Assembly: GCA_963745025.1 (NCBI GenBank)
Contig: CAVUWD010000019.1
Location: 160,001 to 224,000 of the forward strand
Length of the DNA stretch: 64,000 nt
Direction of reading: 5' to 3'
Source: an uncultured delta proteobacterium
Lineage (GTDB): Bacteria > Desulfobacterota > Binatia > JACPRU01
The notes under the pieces are model-generated. The model was not told the DNA's origin. It did not search any database and was given only the letters and a program-made list of their open reading frames with translations. Positions 1 through 11,576 of the stretch are shown here, piece by piece; the first letter of the stretch is position 1, and each line of letters starts with the position of its first letter. A program made the position numbers and the translations under genes.

Positions 1-331
1 AGCGCAGGTGGAAGACGAAGCGCCGCAGGCGCAGGCTGCGATCGGTCTCGGCTTCGAGGCTCGTGCGCACGAGCTGGGCCGTGCCCATCATTCTCAATTG
101 CATCTGCGCGTCGGACTCCACCGAGAAACCGTCCTCGGTCGGTTTGCGCACGCGGTGCGAGTAACCGATCTTCTTCCCCTCGCCGTAGATGCCGTGCCAC
201 TGCTCGCTCGCCTCGGCGGGAAGCGGCCGCGTGGGCGTGAGCGGCTCGCGCACCGCTCCGCTGCGAACGACGAGGGTGATCATCACCGCGACCCAGGTGA
301 TCAAGACGGCGCTTCGCGCGAGCGTTCGCAA
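1..331 (-). CDS. 5' part of a membrane-anchored protein, probably transglutaminase-like family (runs off the window)
   Basis: Manual translation: LRTLARSAVLITWVAVMITLVV...EQWHGIYGEGKKIGYSHRVRKPTEDGF... has an N-terminal TM helix and a WxGIYxxGxKIGY motif that I associate with N-termini of transglutaminase-like proteins. The frame is open to the window edge. Confidence 0.5.
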   Translation of the reverse strand, partial: MRTLARSAVLITWVAVMITLVVRSGAVREPLTPTRPLPAEASEQWHGIYGEGKKIGYSHRVRKPTEDGFSVESDAQMQLRMMGTAQLVRTSLEAETDRSLRLRRFVFHLR

Positions 332-474
332 CGGATCTTTAGTTGTTCCGGCCTACTGGGGCACGTTGGGGCATCGTCAGAGGCGTCTTGAAGGCCGAGT
401 CAAAGACTACTAGAAGGCTGCCTAGCAGGCCAACTGAGGTTCGCAGGGGACAACGTGCGAAGAGAGGAGCTCCG

Positions 475-1286
475 GTGGCGACGGTAGCAACTTCACTCGG
501 CTCGCGAAGGTTCGGCGAGACCGCACGACGCGACGCCTGGTGGGTTCAGCCGCTCGCCGTGTTCGCCGGTTTCAGCGCGTTCATCGTGTACGCGACGTGG
601 GCGGCATTTCAGGGCGAGCACTACACCTACGGACCGTACCTCTCGCCGTTCTATTCGCCGGAGCTCTTCGGCGACTCGCCGCACGCGTGGTTCGGGCCGA
701 AGCCGGGCTGGTGGCCGGCCTGGCTGCCGCTTTTCGCCGGCGCTCTTGATCCTCTGGGTTCCCGGCCGGCTTCCGCTTCACCTGCTACTACTACCGCGGC
801 GCCTACTACAAGGCGTTCTGGGCCGATCCGCCCTCCTGCGCCGTCGGCGAGCCGCGCAAGAGCTACCGCGGCGAGCAGCGTCGTTCCCGCTCATCCTGCA
901 GAACGTCCACCGCTACTTCCTGTACCTGGCGCTCGTGTTCCTCGTCATCCTGTCCTACGACGTCTGGAAGGCGCTGTGGTTCGCCGACCCGGCCACGGGC
1001 CAGGTGCAGTTCGGCATCGGCGTCGGCACGCTCGATCCTGGCGGTCAACGTCGTCCTGCTCGGCGGCTACACGTTCGGCTGCCACTCGTTGCGCCATCTC
1101 GTCGGCGGCGGGCTCGACCTGCTCTCGAAGGCGCCCGGTGCGCGAGAGGCGCTACAACTGCGTCAGCTGCCTCAACCGCCGGCACATGCTCTGGGCGTGG
1201 ACGAGCCTCTTCTTGGTCGGCATTCACCGACTTCTACGTCCGGCTGTGCTCGATGGGCATCTGGTCACCGACTGGAGGATCTTCTG

Positions 1287-1287
<1 letters not shown>
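475..1287 (+). CDS. Succinate dehydrogenase membrane anchor, Sdh1/Rv0249c type (frameshifted in this sequence)
   Basis: GAGGAG RBS before GTG. Motifs across frames: PYLSPFYSP, RFTCYYYRGAYYKAFWADPPSCAVGE, QNVHRYF, GCHSLRH, NRRHMLWAW. TGA overlaps the ATG of the flavoprotein gene. Confidence 0.85.
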
Positions 1288-3117
<1,830 letters not shown>

Positions 3118-3865
3118 ATGACAGGCCACGTTCCGCATCTGGCGCGGCGACGCGTCCGGCGGCCGGTTCCAGGACTACCCGACCGAGGTCTCCGAGGGCA
3201 TGGTCGTGCTCGACGCGGTCCACCAGATCCAGGCCGAGCAGGCGAACGATCTCGCCGTGCGCTGGAACTGCAAGGCGGGCAAGTGCGGCTCGTGCTCGGC
3301 CGAGATCAACGGCATGCCGCAAGCTCATGTGCATGACGCGCCTCGCGGATCTGCCGCTCGAGCGAGCCGGTCACCGTCGAGCCGATGCAGGCCTTCCCGC
3401 ATGTCAAGGATCTGGTGACCGACGTCTCGTGGAACTTTCGCGGTCAAGAAGCGGATCAAGCCGTTCAAGCCGCGGCCGCCCGACGCGCCGGACGGCACCT
3501 GGCGGATGGCCCAGGAGGACGTCGATCGCGTGCAGGAGTTCCGCAAGTGCATCGAGTGCTTCCTCTGCCAGGACGTCTGCCACGTGCTGCGCGACCACCA
3601 CCTGCACGACGAGTTCATCGGCCCGCGCTTCTTCGTCTACGCCGCGGCGCTCGAGATGCATCCGCTCGACACCGAGGACCGGCTCGACGAGCTGCGCAAG
3701 ACGCAGGGCATCGGCTACTGCAACATCACCAAGTGCTGCACCAAGGTCTGCCCGGAGAACATCACGATCACCGACAACGCCATCATTCCGCTGAAGGAGC
3801 GGGTGGTGGACGAGTTCTACGACCCGCTGCGTCGACTGTTTGGAGGACGGCGCTCCGGCAAGTAG
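3118..3865 (+). CDS. sdhB: Succinate dehydrogenase/fumarate reductase iron-sulfur subunit (frameshifted)
   Basis: WNCKAGKCGSC (2Fe-2S), CIECFLCQDVC and CNITKCCTKVCP. Confidence 0.9.
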
Positions 3866-4086
3866 TCGAAAAGGGACTGGGTCCCTCTTCGAGCGAGGTG
3901 TGATCCTGTACGCTCGAGCGACCGTCGAAGGACGCCGTGCATCGGGCGACCGAGAGGGCGGAGCGTCACCGGCTGTTGAACGAGCCGTCCGAGGCGGAGA
4001 GCATCTGCCAAGACGTATCGCACGTGGCGCCGCAGAAGCCTGATGGCAGACGTTGAAGCCGCGCGTCGCTTCCTTTAGCTTCGGCA

Positions 4087-4602
4087 GTGGTGACCGCAAA
4101 TTCCCTTCCGCGCTTTGTTGCGGACAAGACCTTGGGCCGCTTGGCGCGGTGGCTTCGCATCGTCGGGTGCGACGTACTCTATGGGCCGAACTTTTCCGGG
4201 AAGGGACTCTTGTCGGCGGCTCGGCGTGAGGATCGCATCGTGCTGACCCGTGACCGGCGGCTCACGCGCAGAGCGGGCATGCCCCCGTTTCTGCTAGTCG
4301 AGAGCGACCGCTTCCGCGATCAGCTCCGGCAGGTGATCCACGCCTTCGCGATCGATCCGGGAGAGGCGCTCTTCCGACGCTGCGTCGAGTGTAACGCCGA
4401 GCTCGTCGAGGTGGCGCGCGAAGAGGCCGCGGGACAAGTCCCGCCATTCGTGCTGGCCACGCAGACCCGGTTCCGTCGCTGCCCCCGCTGCCGGCATTTC
4501 TACTGGGAGGCGACGCATGTCGCGCGCGTGCGCGACGAGCTCTCCCGTATGGGTCTCGCGTCGAGGGATGCCGCAGCGGTGGCCGGCGAGGATCCTCGGT
4601 GA
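4087..4602 (+). CDS. Mut7-C RNase domain (PIN-like, DUF82) protein
   Basis: RFVADxxLGRLARWLRxxGxD, RIVLTRD, RCVECN...RCPRCRHFYW..H. Confidence 0.85.
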   Translation: MVTANSLPRFVADKTLGRLARWLRIVGCDVLYGPNFSGKGLLSAARREDRIVLTRDRRLTRRAGMPPFLLVESDRFRDQLRQVIHAFAIDPGEALFRRCVECNAELVEVAREEAAGQVPPFVLATQTRFRRCPRCRHFYWEATHVARVRDELSRMGLASRDAAAVAGEDPR

Positions 4603-4901
4603 GCCCGACCCCCGGCGTCTTTCTCGAGGCTGGCGACTTCGCGATCGGCCGCTGCACGGAGTGTCGTCGCGAAGTGCTCACCTACCCGGACGAGGTGCGC
4701 CCCGGAGAGGAGTGCGTCCGGCGCTGCCTTCACTGCGACGTGCGCGTCGCGGGTGAGCTCCGCTGGATCGACGTGGCGGATCTCGGGGCGGTCGGCTACG
4801 CGGTCGATTCGGGCGAAGATGCCGGAGGCGGTTGCGCGACGTGCGCGAGCGGCTGCGTGGTGAGGACCCCGAGCGAGACGAGAGGGGTTCGAAGGAGCTA
4901 G
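4599..4901 (+). CDS. Small Cys-rich, putative metal-binding hypothetical protein
   Basis: GTGA overlap with the upstream gene. CTEC, CLHC and C-terminal GGGCATCASGC. Confidence 0.6.
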   Translation: MSPTPGVFLEAGDFAIGRCTECRREVLTYPDEVRPGEECVRRCLHCDVRVAGELRWIDVADLGAVGYAVDSGEDAGGGCATCASGCVVRTPSETRGVRRS

Positions 4902-4951
4902 ACGTTCAACAGCAATCTGGGCGCCTGGCCGAGTTCATCGGCGATCGGCCG

Positions 4952-5914
4952 TCAGCGATCGGCATCGTGGTGGCGAAGGCGGAGAGCCGAGAGCCGAAAC
5001 CCGAGGCGGCGAAGAGCGATCGCGAAGTCTTCGGGCACCCGGCTCTCCACGGCGATCCGCTTGCCGGTCTCCGGATGGTCGAACTCGATCCGCCGTGCAT
5101 GCAGAAGATGGCGGCCCTCGGGGATGGGATCGCCCCCGTAGAGCGTGTCGCCGAGCACGGGATGACCGATCGCGGCGAGATGCGCGCGGATCTGATGCAT
5201 GACTCCGGTTGGAAGCTCCACTTCGAGGAACGTCGCATCCGAGCCACGGCCGCGCGGCCGAAAACGGGTGACTGCCGGCCGGGCGCGGCGAGAGGACTCC
5301 CCTTCCTCGAGCACTCGCACCTTACGGCGGTTGCGTGGGTGAGGCTCGATCGCTCGCGTGACCTCGCCGGCGCTCGTCAACGCACCCTGAACGACCGCCA
5401 CGTAGAGCTTGCCGACCTTTCGCTCGCGAAACTGCCGCCGCAGTGCTTTCCACGCTTCGCGCGTCCGGGCCGCGAGCAGCACCCCAGAGGTCTCGGTGTC
5501 GAGCCGATGCACGAGCCCCGCCTCGAGCGGCGTGTCGCCGGCGCTCGAGCAGTCGGGGAAGCGCCCCGTCAGGAAGTTGGCGATCGTGCCGCGCTCGCCC
5601 GATCTGAGCGCGTGGCCCGCACGCCCCGCCGGCTTGTCGAGGGCGACGCAGCTCAAGTCCTCGAACAAAATGGCGATGGGTGGTTCCGGCTCCGCGGGCA
5701 ACGCTGCGATCGCCGAATCGTCCACGGCGACTTCGATGACGCACTCGCCGCGAAGCATCTCCCCCTTCCGTACGCGGCGCCCGTCGATACGAACCGAGCC
5801 GTCCTCGAGGAGGCGCTGGATGCGCTGACGCGAGAAGCCGCTGAGCGATTCGGCGAGCAGGCGGTCGACTCGGGCCGCATAGTCGCTCGGAAGGTGGATG
5901 CGACGCCGGATCAT
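4952..5914 (-). CDS. RluA-family pseudouridine synthase with S4 domain
   Basis: RVDRLL..SRQRIQRLLEDGSVRIDG (S4), DKPAG, VHRLDTETSG (catalytic Asp), TGVMHQIRAHL, HPVLGD. ATGA overlap with rlmD. Confidence 0.9.
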   Translation of the reverse strand: MIRRRIHLPSDYAARVDRLLAESLSGFSRQRIQRLLEDGSVRIDGRRVRKGEMLRGECVIEVAVDDSAIAALPAEPEPPIAILFEDLSCVALDKPAGRAGHALRSGERGTIANFLTGRFPDCSSAGDTPLEAGLVHRLDTETSGVLLAARTREAWKALRRQFRERKVGKLYVAVVQGALTSAGEVTRAIEPHPRNRRKVRVLEEGESSRRARPAVTRFRPRGRGSDATFLEVELPTGVMHQIRAHLAAIGHPVLGDTLYGGDPIPEGRHLLHARRIEFDHPETGKRIAVESRVPEDFAIALRRLGFRLSALRLRHHDADR

Positions 5915-7161
5915 CGGGGTTCCAGGAAAGGCGCCGCGGAGTCCTTGCCTGTAGCCCGTGGCCCGAAGCCGGTAGCCGTCTTTTCCGCGAGCGCGACGAC
6001 CTCCACGTGCTCGGTTTGCGGCAGCATGTCGAACGGCTGGAGCCGAACGGCTGGGTAGCCGAAGCCGGTGAGACGGTCGAGATCGCGAGCGAGCGTGGCG
6101 GCATCGCAGGAGACGTAGATGATGCGCCGCGGCTCCAGCGCGGCGATCTGCTCGAGCACGGCTCGTGACGCCCCCTTGCGGGTGGGATTCAGCGTGACGA
6201 CGTCGAGCCGCCCGACGCGCTCGCGGACGCGTGGCAAGACGTCTTCGGCAAGCCCCTCCTCGAAGCGCGCGTTGTGGACGCCGTTGCGGCGCGCGTTCGA
6301 GCGGGCGTCGCGCACCGCCGCCGGCGACTCTTCGATGCCGACGACCGTTTTCGCGCGGGTCGCCAGGTAGAACGAAAGCGGGCCGATGCCGCAGAAGAGG
6401 TCGAGCGCTCGATCCGCCCCGCTGGGCGCAGCCCACTCGAGCGCCGTCTCGTAGATCCGCCGGGCGGCCCAGACGTTCGATTGCAGGAACGAGGCCGGAC
6501 CCACCTGAAGCTTCAGGAAGCCGATCCGCTCGACGAGCTCCGCAGGAGGGCGCAGCGTCGCGAACCGTCGCCCCAGAATCACGTTGCCGGGGGCGGGGTT
6601 GTGGTTGTAGACGACGCCTGCGAGCGAATGGCAGCGACGCACGAGCCGGCGGCAGAGCTCCCGCAACGTGCGGTCGTCGGCACACGCGCTCACCAATACG
6701 AGCACGACCCGCCGCATCCACGCGCTGTAGCGGGCGACGAGGTAACGGAGCTCTCCCGTACCGCGCCGCTCGTCGTATGCCTCGACCCCGAGCGTCCCGG
6801 CCTCCTCGAGCGCGGCGACCACGACTTCCGTGAGGGCCGGGTGTTGCACGGCGCAGCGCTCGGCATCCACTAGGCGGTGGCTGCCCGGGGCGTACACACC
6901 CGCGCGGAGTCGACCGTCGCGCCCCGCGCGGACCGCGAGCTTGGCGACGTTGCGATATCCGAAGAGATCGCGAGATCCGATCACGTCTTCGATCCGTGCG
7001 TCGCGCAGGCCGGGATACGCGGACAGCGCCTCCTCGACGCGTCGGCGCTTCCGAGCGAGCTGCTCGCGGTATGGACGCCCGCGAAGCGGGCAGGGAACGC
7101 AGCTCGGCGCGTGCGGGCAAAGCTCGCGGCTCGCCCCTGGGTTCAGACGCTCACGGCGCAC
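5911..7161 (-). CDS. rlmD: 23S rRNA (uracil-C5)-methyltransferase, RlmD/TrmA family
   Basis: CPH..CxxC Fe-S motif, SFLQSN, DLFCGIG, NPTRKG, YVSCDAATLARD, FDMLPQTEHVE. Confidence 0.85.
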   Translation of the reverse strand: MRRERLNPGASRELCPHAPSCVPCPLRGRPYREQLARKRRRVEEALSAYPGLRDARIEDVIGSRDLFGYRNVAKLAVRAGRDGRLRAGVYAPGSHRLVDAERCAVQHPALTEVVVAALEEAGTLGVEAYDERRGTGELRYLVARYSAWMRRVVLVLVSACADDRTLRELCRRLVRRCHSLAGVVYNHNPAPGNVILGRRFATLRPPAELVERIGFLKLQVGPASFLQSNVWAARRIYETALEWAAPSGADRALDLFCGIGPLSFYLATRAKTVVGIEESPAAVRDARSNARRNGVHNARFEEGLAEDVLPRVRERVGRLDVVTLNPTRKGASRAVLEQIAALEPRRIIYVSCDAATLARDLDRLTGFGYPAVRLQPFDMLPQTEHVEVVALAEKTATGFGPRATGKDSAAPFLEPR

Positions 7162-8872
7162 GGAGCGGCGAGGGGTGGGGGCGCAACCGGCCTCGCCGCG
7201 GGCGGATCATCAAGCAAGTCACGAACCGCGGATCGATCGGCCGGTCCGGCAAGACGGCCAAGAATTCTTCCTCGAAGCGGCGCAGGCTGAAATCCACAAA
7301 TCCGCGAGGGACGGGATTTGCCTCGTAGAAGCGCTCGCGAACCGCCGCGCGGAGGCGGCCGGTCTCCGGGTCGAGCGTGGCCTGCCGAAGCTCCGTCAGG
7401 TCGTCCTCCCCGAGCGGTTCGATGCTCGGGCTGCGGCCGAGCACGAAATGGGCGAATCCAGTCAGAAGCACCGCGCTGATGCGGAAATCGTCGGCGTCGC
7501 TCGGGCGCAGCGCTGCAAGCTGCGCGGCGGACTGGCCGAGGAGCCGCGGGCAGACTTCGGCGAGCGATGCGACGTCGGCCAGAAGCGCTCGCGCGCGGTC
7601 GAGGTCGGCGAGTGATGCGAACGGGCGGTAGCGAATCTCCCCCGGGCGCTCGATGCCCTCGTAGAATCGTGGCTTCATGCCGAGAAGCCCAGCCAGTCCT
7701 TCACGGTACGGCGTATCGAGAAACGCCATCTCGCCCGTGGGCGATCCGATGCCGAGCGCCTCCACCGCTCGCTTCGCCGATTTGCGCAGTTCGAGCAGGA
7801 TCTCCCAGGCAACGCGGAACAGGTGCTGGACATAGTGGTGTTGAAGGAGCCGGATCGCCTCCGTCGTCTCGGAACGGGACAGTGACTCGAGCGCGAGGTT
7901 CACGGTGTCGTGCGCGACGCGGATGTTTTCCGCGACCCGATCCCGATCGGCGAAGTCCACGCCCTCTGCGACGAGCACGTGATTCACGAGGTAGGCGAGC
8001 TCGTGGCGAAGCTCGCTCGCCGCTTCTCCGGAGAAGCCCACATGCAGAACCTGAGAGAAGAAGGACGATCCGTCCTCGGGGAGGATCAGCGCACGGTCCT
8101 GCGGAAGGGCCTCCGAATCGTCGGCGACGGAGCGACCGAGCGGCTCGGACCGCTCGGCGAGATCCCTCGCCGGCAGCGGCCGATAGATCTGCTGCGCCTC
8201 GTAGTAGTCGGGGAACCCGCGGTCCTGCAGGCGAGCATTGCGCAGCCGAAAGGCGGCCTCTTCGAGGTCGCTGTCCACGCCCCACCAGGTCTCCTCCATG
8301 ACCGTCACGAAATAGCCGTAGTCCCGCTCGTAGAGCGCCTCGATGAGGCTCCGCACCAGCGGTATACGAGCATCTGGACGGTGAAAGAAGATTTGGTAGT
8401 GCTCGTCGAGCTCGAACACCTCGCGCCCTTCGGTATCGTCCTCCGGCTCCTCGGGATCCTCGCGCCGGTGGATTCGCACGAAACGCCGGAGCAGCAACAC
8501 CAAGAGATCGCGGTCGATCGAGTTCAGCAGCTCGCCGACAGGCCGTGCGCCGGCTTCGACGATCACCTCGAGCCAATTGAGAAGCGTCGCCGTCTCCAGA
8601 CGATCCTTCTTCCAGCAGTCGAGATCGACGAGCGCGCAGACCTGCTCGCCGGACGCGAGCGAGAGCAGATCCACCCCGTCCTCGAGGCCGATCTCTTTGA
8701 GCGTGTGGAAGAGACTCTCGGCGGCGAACGACCGCACGAGCCGCTGCGCGTTCGGTGCGCTGAGGATCAGATCGCGCCGGTCCCGTGCAGAAACCCCATA
8801 GAGCGCGTCGAGCTGCTCGCGGAACGGCAGGCTGTTGAACGCGTCGGAGCTGTAGGCACGCTGATTGGGCAT
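7151..8872 (-). CDS. DUF6178-like conserved hypothetical protein
   Basis: 573-aa ORF. LKEIGLED..LLSLASGEQ..LVDLDCW and R..RLQDRGFPDY.EA resemble deltaproteobacterial DUF6178. Confidence 0.7.
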   Translation of the reverse strand: MPNQRAYSSDAFNSLPFREQLDALYGVSARDRRDLILSAPNAQRLVRSFAAESLFHTLKEIGLEDGVDLLSLASGEQVCALVDLDCWKKDRLETATLLNWLEVIVEAGARPVGELLNSIDRDLLVLLLRRFVRIHRREDPEEPEDDTEGREVFELDEHYQIFFHRPDARIPLVRSLIEALYERDYGYFVTVMEETWWGVDSDLEEAAFRLRNARLQDRGFPDYYEAQQIYRPLPARDLAERSEPLGRSVADDSEALPQDRALILPEDGSSFFSQVLHVGFSGEAASELRHELAYLVNHVLVAEGVDFADRDRVAENIRVAHDTVNLALESLSRSETTEAIRLLQHHYVQHLFRVAWEILLELRKSAKRAVEALGIGSPTGEMAFLDTPYREGLAGLLGMKPRFYEGIERPGEIRYRPFASLADLDRARALLADVASLAEVCPRLLGQSAAQLAALRPSDADDFRISAVLLTGFAHFVLGRSPSIEPLGEDDLTELRQATLDPETGRLRAAVRERFYEANPVPRGFVDFSLRRFEEEFLAVLPDRPIDPRFVTCLMIRPRRGRLRPHPSPLRAP

Positions 8873-8932
8873 CGCTTCACAGAACCTAACATCGACCGCG
8901 AGGGCTGGGAAGAAACCCTACCGCGAGCCGCA

Positions 8933-9047
8933 CGACGTACGGCCGGGAGAATACACAGTCGACGTCTGGCACGAGGCGCTCGGTCAAGAGAGCGCAAGGG
9001 TGACGGTGGGTCCCGGCAAGGAGACCCGGGTCGACTTCGCGCTCGGC
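8933..9047 (+). pseudogene. Orphan C-terminal fragment of a carboxypeptidase-regulatory-like (transthyretin fold) domain gene
   Basis: DVRPGEYTVDVWHEALGQESARVTVGPGKETRVDFAL matches the family C-terminus. No N-terminal half or start is present. Confidence 0.5.
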
Positions 9048-9164
9048 GGCGAGTCGTCGGCTTCGCGTCTCCTCCTGCCTCGCGCGTCGGAGCGCCTGTG
9101 GTTCGCCGCAACCATCGCGGTGGGCGTGCAAGAGAGCGATGGAGGTATCGCCCCTTCGGGCTCC

Positions 9165-9821
9165 TCACCGCGTGGGCGTCCGCTCCGACTCCGCCTTTCG
9201 CAGCTCCTTCTGGTACTGGGCGTAGAGGTCGTCGAGCTCTTTCTGCAGCTTGGGAAGCTGCTCGTTCAGCAGCCGTGTCAGCTCCCCGCCGGTGACCGTG
9301 AGCTGGGCGGAAAGTCGTGCGACCTGATCCTTGAACTTGCCCCATTCCGGCGAGCGCTGCAGCTCCTCCAGGTTTCGCCGAAACTGCTCCACTCCCTGGG
9401 ACATCGCGCGCGCGAGTTCGTCGGCGCTGATCCGTCCGCGGCGCAGCCAGACCTCCGCGAGTGAACGTGCTCCCTGGAAGCGCATGTTCGGCTCGGCCAG
9501 CGGGCTCTTCGCGTCGATCACGAAATATTCGATGCTCGGGCGCCCGCCCGCGACCGCCTCGTTGACCACGAACGTCCCCGACCTGCGGATCTGCTCGCGA
9601 GCCGCGGCATCGATCGCGATCTTGATCTCGACCGTGTCGCGCTCGCCGAATCCGACGTCGGTCACGTCGCCGATCCGCTTCGCTTCGAACATCACGGCAT
9701 CTCCTGGGCGGAGGCCCTTGGAGTTCTCGACGTCGACGACGAGCGGCAGAGCCCCCGCGGAGGCGAGCCTCGCTGCGAAGAGAAGCGCTGAAGCCGTCCA
9801 GGACAATCTTCGTCGAGTCAT
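9165..9821 (-). CDS. MCE/MlaD-like domain protein with signal peptide and C-terminal coiled coil
   Basis: ENSKGLRPGDAVMFEAKRIGDVTDV matches the MCE pattern GLxxGxxVxxxGxxIGxVxxI. Helical tail. ATGA overlap with the upstream gene. Confidence 0.7.
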   Translation of the reverse strand: MTRRRLSWTASALLFAARLASAGALPLVVDVENSKGLRPGDAVMFEAKRIGDVTDVGFGERDTVEIKIAIDAAAREQIRRSGTFVVNEAVAGGRPSIEYFVIDAKSPLAEPNMRFQGARSLAEVWLRRGRISADELARAMSQGVEQFRRNLEELQRSPEWGKFKDQVARLSAQLTVTGGELTRLLNEQLPKLQKELDDLYAQYQKELRKAESERTPTR

Positions 9822-11455
9822 CGCTCCGTTCCTTTCGCTTTGCCGCCGAGCCTTTGGGACTGCTCGAAGGTGCCGAACCCGACACCACCCTGCGCGCCGA
9901 AGCGGGCCAGCCCGAAGAAAGTGAGAACCCTCCCCTCCGCGGCAGGGCGGACCACGGGAATCGCGTGCGTCACTTGTCCAAGAACACGCAAACTGCCCGA
10001 TCGGCTCGCCACCTCGACTCGCATCGCCTGGGGAGCGAGGCCGCCCGCGGAGTTGCGAACCGAGACGCGACCCGAGAGGAGCGGCTCGATCCGCCCGTCG
10101 CGGAGGATTTCGCCCTCCACGCGTTCGTCGCCATCGGTGTGTGAGGACATCGACAGGAAGGTTTTGGGGCCAAGCGGGATGCGCAGAGCGCGGCGCTCTT
10201 GCCAGCGGCGCGGGTCCGCTCGGCGGCCGTCTTCGAGCGTGGCCGCCGAGCGGATCGTGGCGGTCCGTCCATCGTGACGAACGCGACCTTCGACACGGCC
10301 GATTCGCGCGTGCCGGCCGCTCGATCCCACCGCCGCGGTCGGCTGCCATTCGAGCTTCGCTTCGAGCCGCGAGAGCTCGGCCTCGGAGAGGCCGAATTCC
10401 AGGTCGAGGAAGGGATCCGTGCGCGGAAACGTCAGGCACGGACCTTCGTACTCGAGCGTGATCACTCCCGCCGCACCACGCGTCCAGGCGAGCCCTCCGC
10501 AGCGCAGTCGATCGCCCGTGGTGGGAAGAGCGTCCTCTCCGGTGAACAGCCCGAGGCGCGTGGCGCCGATGCAGATGAGAAAGCGACCCTGGCGCCGCCC
10601 CGACACGAGGCGCTCCGCGGCGGCAAAGCCGCCGACCCCGGCTTCGCCGTCGTGGAACTCGAGGGCCAGCTGCTCGGGCGCGAGGCACTGCGCCTGCACC
10701 ACCTCGAGCATGGTCAGCGTCGCGTCGGCCGGGGCGCTGTCCGCGAACGTCGCGACGGCCTCGATCAGGCGGGTGCGAAGGGCTCCCGGCCAGCGCAGCG
10801 GCACCGCCAGTTCGATCTGGACCGCCGCGATCTTCCCCGCGGCGCCGAGGCGGCCGAGCTCTCGAACGCGCGGATCGAGGTCGTCCGCGAAGCGCGCCGT
10901 GAACAGCTGGAGCACGTTGTCGCGGCCGGCGGCGGGGTAGCGGTCGCCGATCGTCACGTCGATCCCGCCGCGACGGGACGCCTCGGCGAACTTCGCGAGC
11001 CTCGGTAGGAAGCGCAGCGGCACCGTTGGCACGCCCTGCTTGACGGGCACGAAGGTGCCGCCGCCGATGCGGGCCCCGATACCGATGTCGCAGCATGGCT
11101 GGATGGCGTTCCAGCCGTGTATGAAGAGAAGCGTCGCTTCGCCGGCCTCGGCGATCTGCCGGCGAACGTCCTCGAGCAGCAGATCGATGAACCAGGGCGC
11201 GCCCTTGCGTACGTCGCCCACGCGGTTCAGATCGAGCCGGTTTCGGTCCTCGGCGCGGTTGACGATCGCCGACGCGCCGAGGCGGTTCGCGAGCTCGATC
11301 GTCAGCTCGGCGGTATGCAGATCGTTGACCTTGCGCGAGGCTTCGTCGAGCGCGGCGGCGCGTGCGCTGCGTCCGCCATGGGGGGCTACGAAGAGGAGCG
11401 GCGCTCCACCCGCAATTCGCACCAGCCAGTCGGGGAGGGCCGTGCCGGGGTTCAC
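9818..11455 (-). CDS. N-formylglutamate-amidohydrolase-like (Zn-peptidase fold) domain fused to an unknown beta-rich domain
   Basis: LLFVAPHGG, NDLHT, RNRLDLNR, FIHGWN, DIGIG, AVQIEL. Start position is uncertain. Confidence 0.6.
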   Translation of the reverse strand: MNPGTALPDWLVRIAGGAPLLFVAPHGGRSARAAALDEASRKVNDLHTAELTIELANRLGASAIVNRAEDRNRLDLNRVGDVRKGAPWFIDLLLEDVRRQIAEAGEATLLFIHGWNAIQPCCDIGIGARIGGGTFVPVKQGVPTVPLRFLPRLAKFAEASRRGGIDVTIGDRYPAAGRDNVLQLFTARFADDLDPRVRELGRLGAAGKIAAVQIELAVPLRWPGALRTRLIEAVATFADSAPADATLTMLEVVQAQCLAPEQLALEFHDGEAGVGGFAAAERLVSGRRQGRFLICIGATRLGLFTGEDALPTTGDRLRCGGLAWTRGAAGVITLEYEGPCLTFPRTDPFLDLEFGLSEAELSRLEAKLEWQPTAAVGSSGRHARIGRVEGRVRHDGRTATIRSAATLEDGRRADPRRWQERRALRIPLGPKTFLSMSSHTDGDERVEGEILRDGRIEPLLSGRVSVRNSAGGLAPQAMRVEVASRSGSLRVLGQVTHAIPVVRPAAEGRVLTFFGLARFGAQGGVGFGTFEQSQRLGGKAKGTER

Positions 11456-11499
11456 ACTGTGATACACACCACGGGCACCGCGTAGGGGCAACCGGTCCG

Positions 11500-11567
11500 G
11501 GCTAGAGGCTACGGGCTACCGGCAAACAATTCACGATGCCGTTCCCGTAGCCGGAATCGCGTAGCCG
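11500..11567. repeat. GGCTACn/nGTAGCC heptamer palindrome (REP-like)
   Basis: GGCTAGA GGCTACG GGCTACC GGC ... CCGTAGCC GGAATCG CGTAGCC. Confidence 0.7.
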
Positions 11568-11576
11568 GAGGTTTCT

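Noticed and set aside
3866-4086. Intergenic hairpin (AGGGACTGGGTCCCT) and GGCTGTTGAA resembling an IS or MITE end
   Set aside because: It is single copy in the window, with no matching second end or target duplication.
4832-7120. Long Arg/Ala/Pro-rich ORFs overlapping real genes (e.g. 4832-6058 + and the N-terminal 400 aa of 4952-7120 -), and similar ones throughout the window
   Set aside because: These are shadow ORFs expected at high GC, lying antisense or out of frame to well-supported genes.
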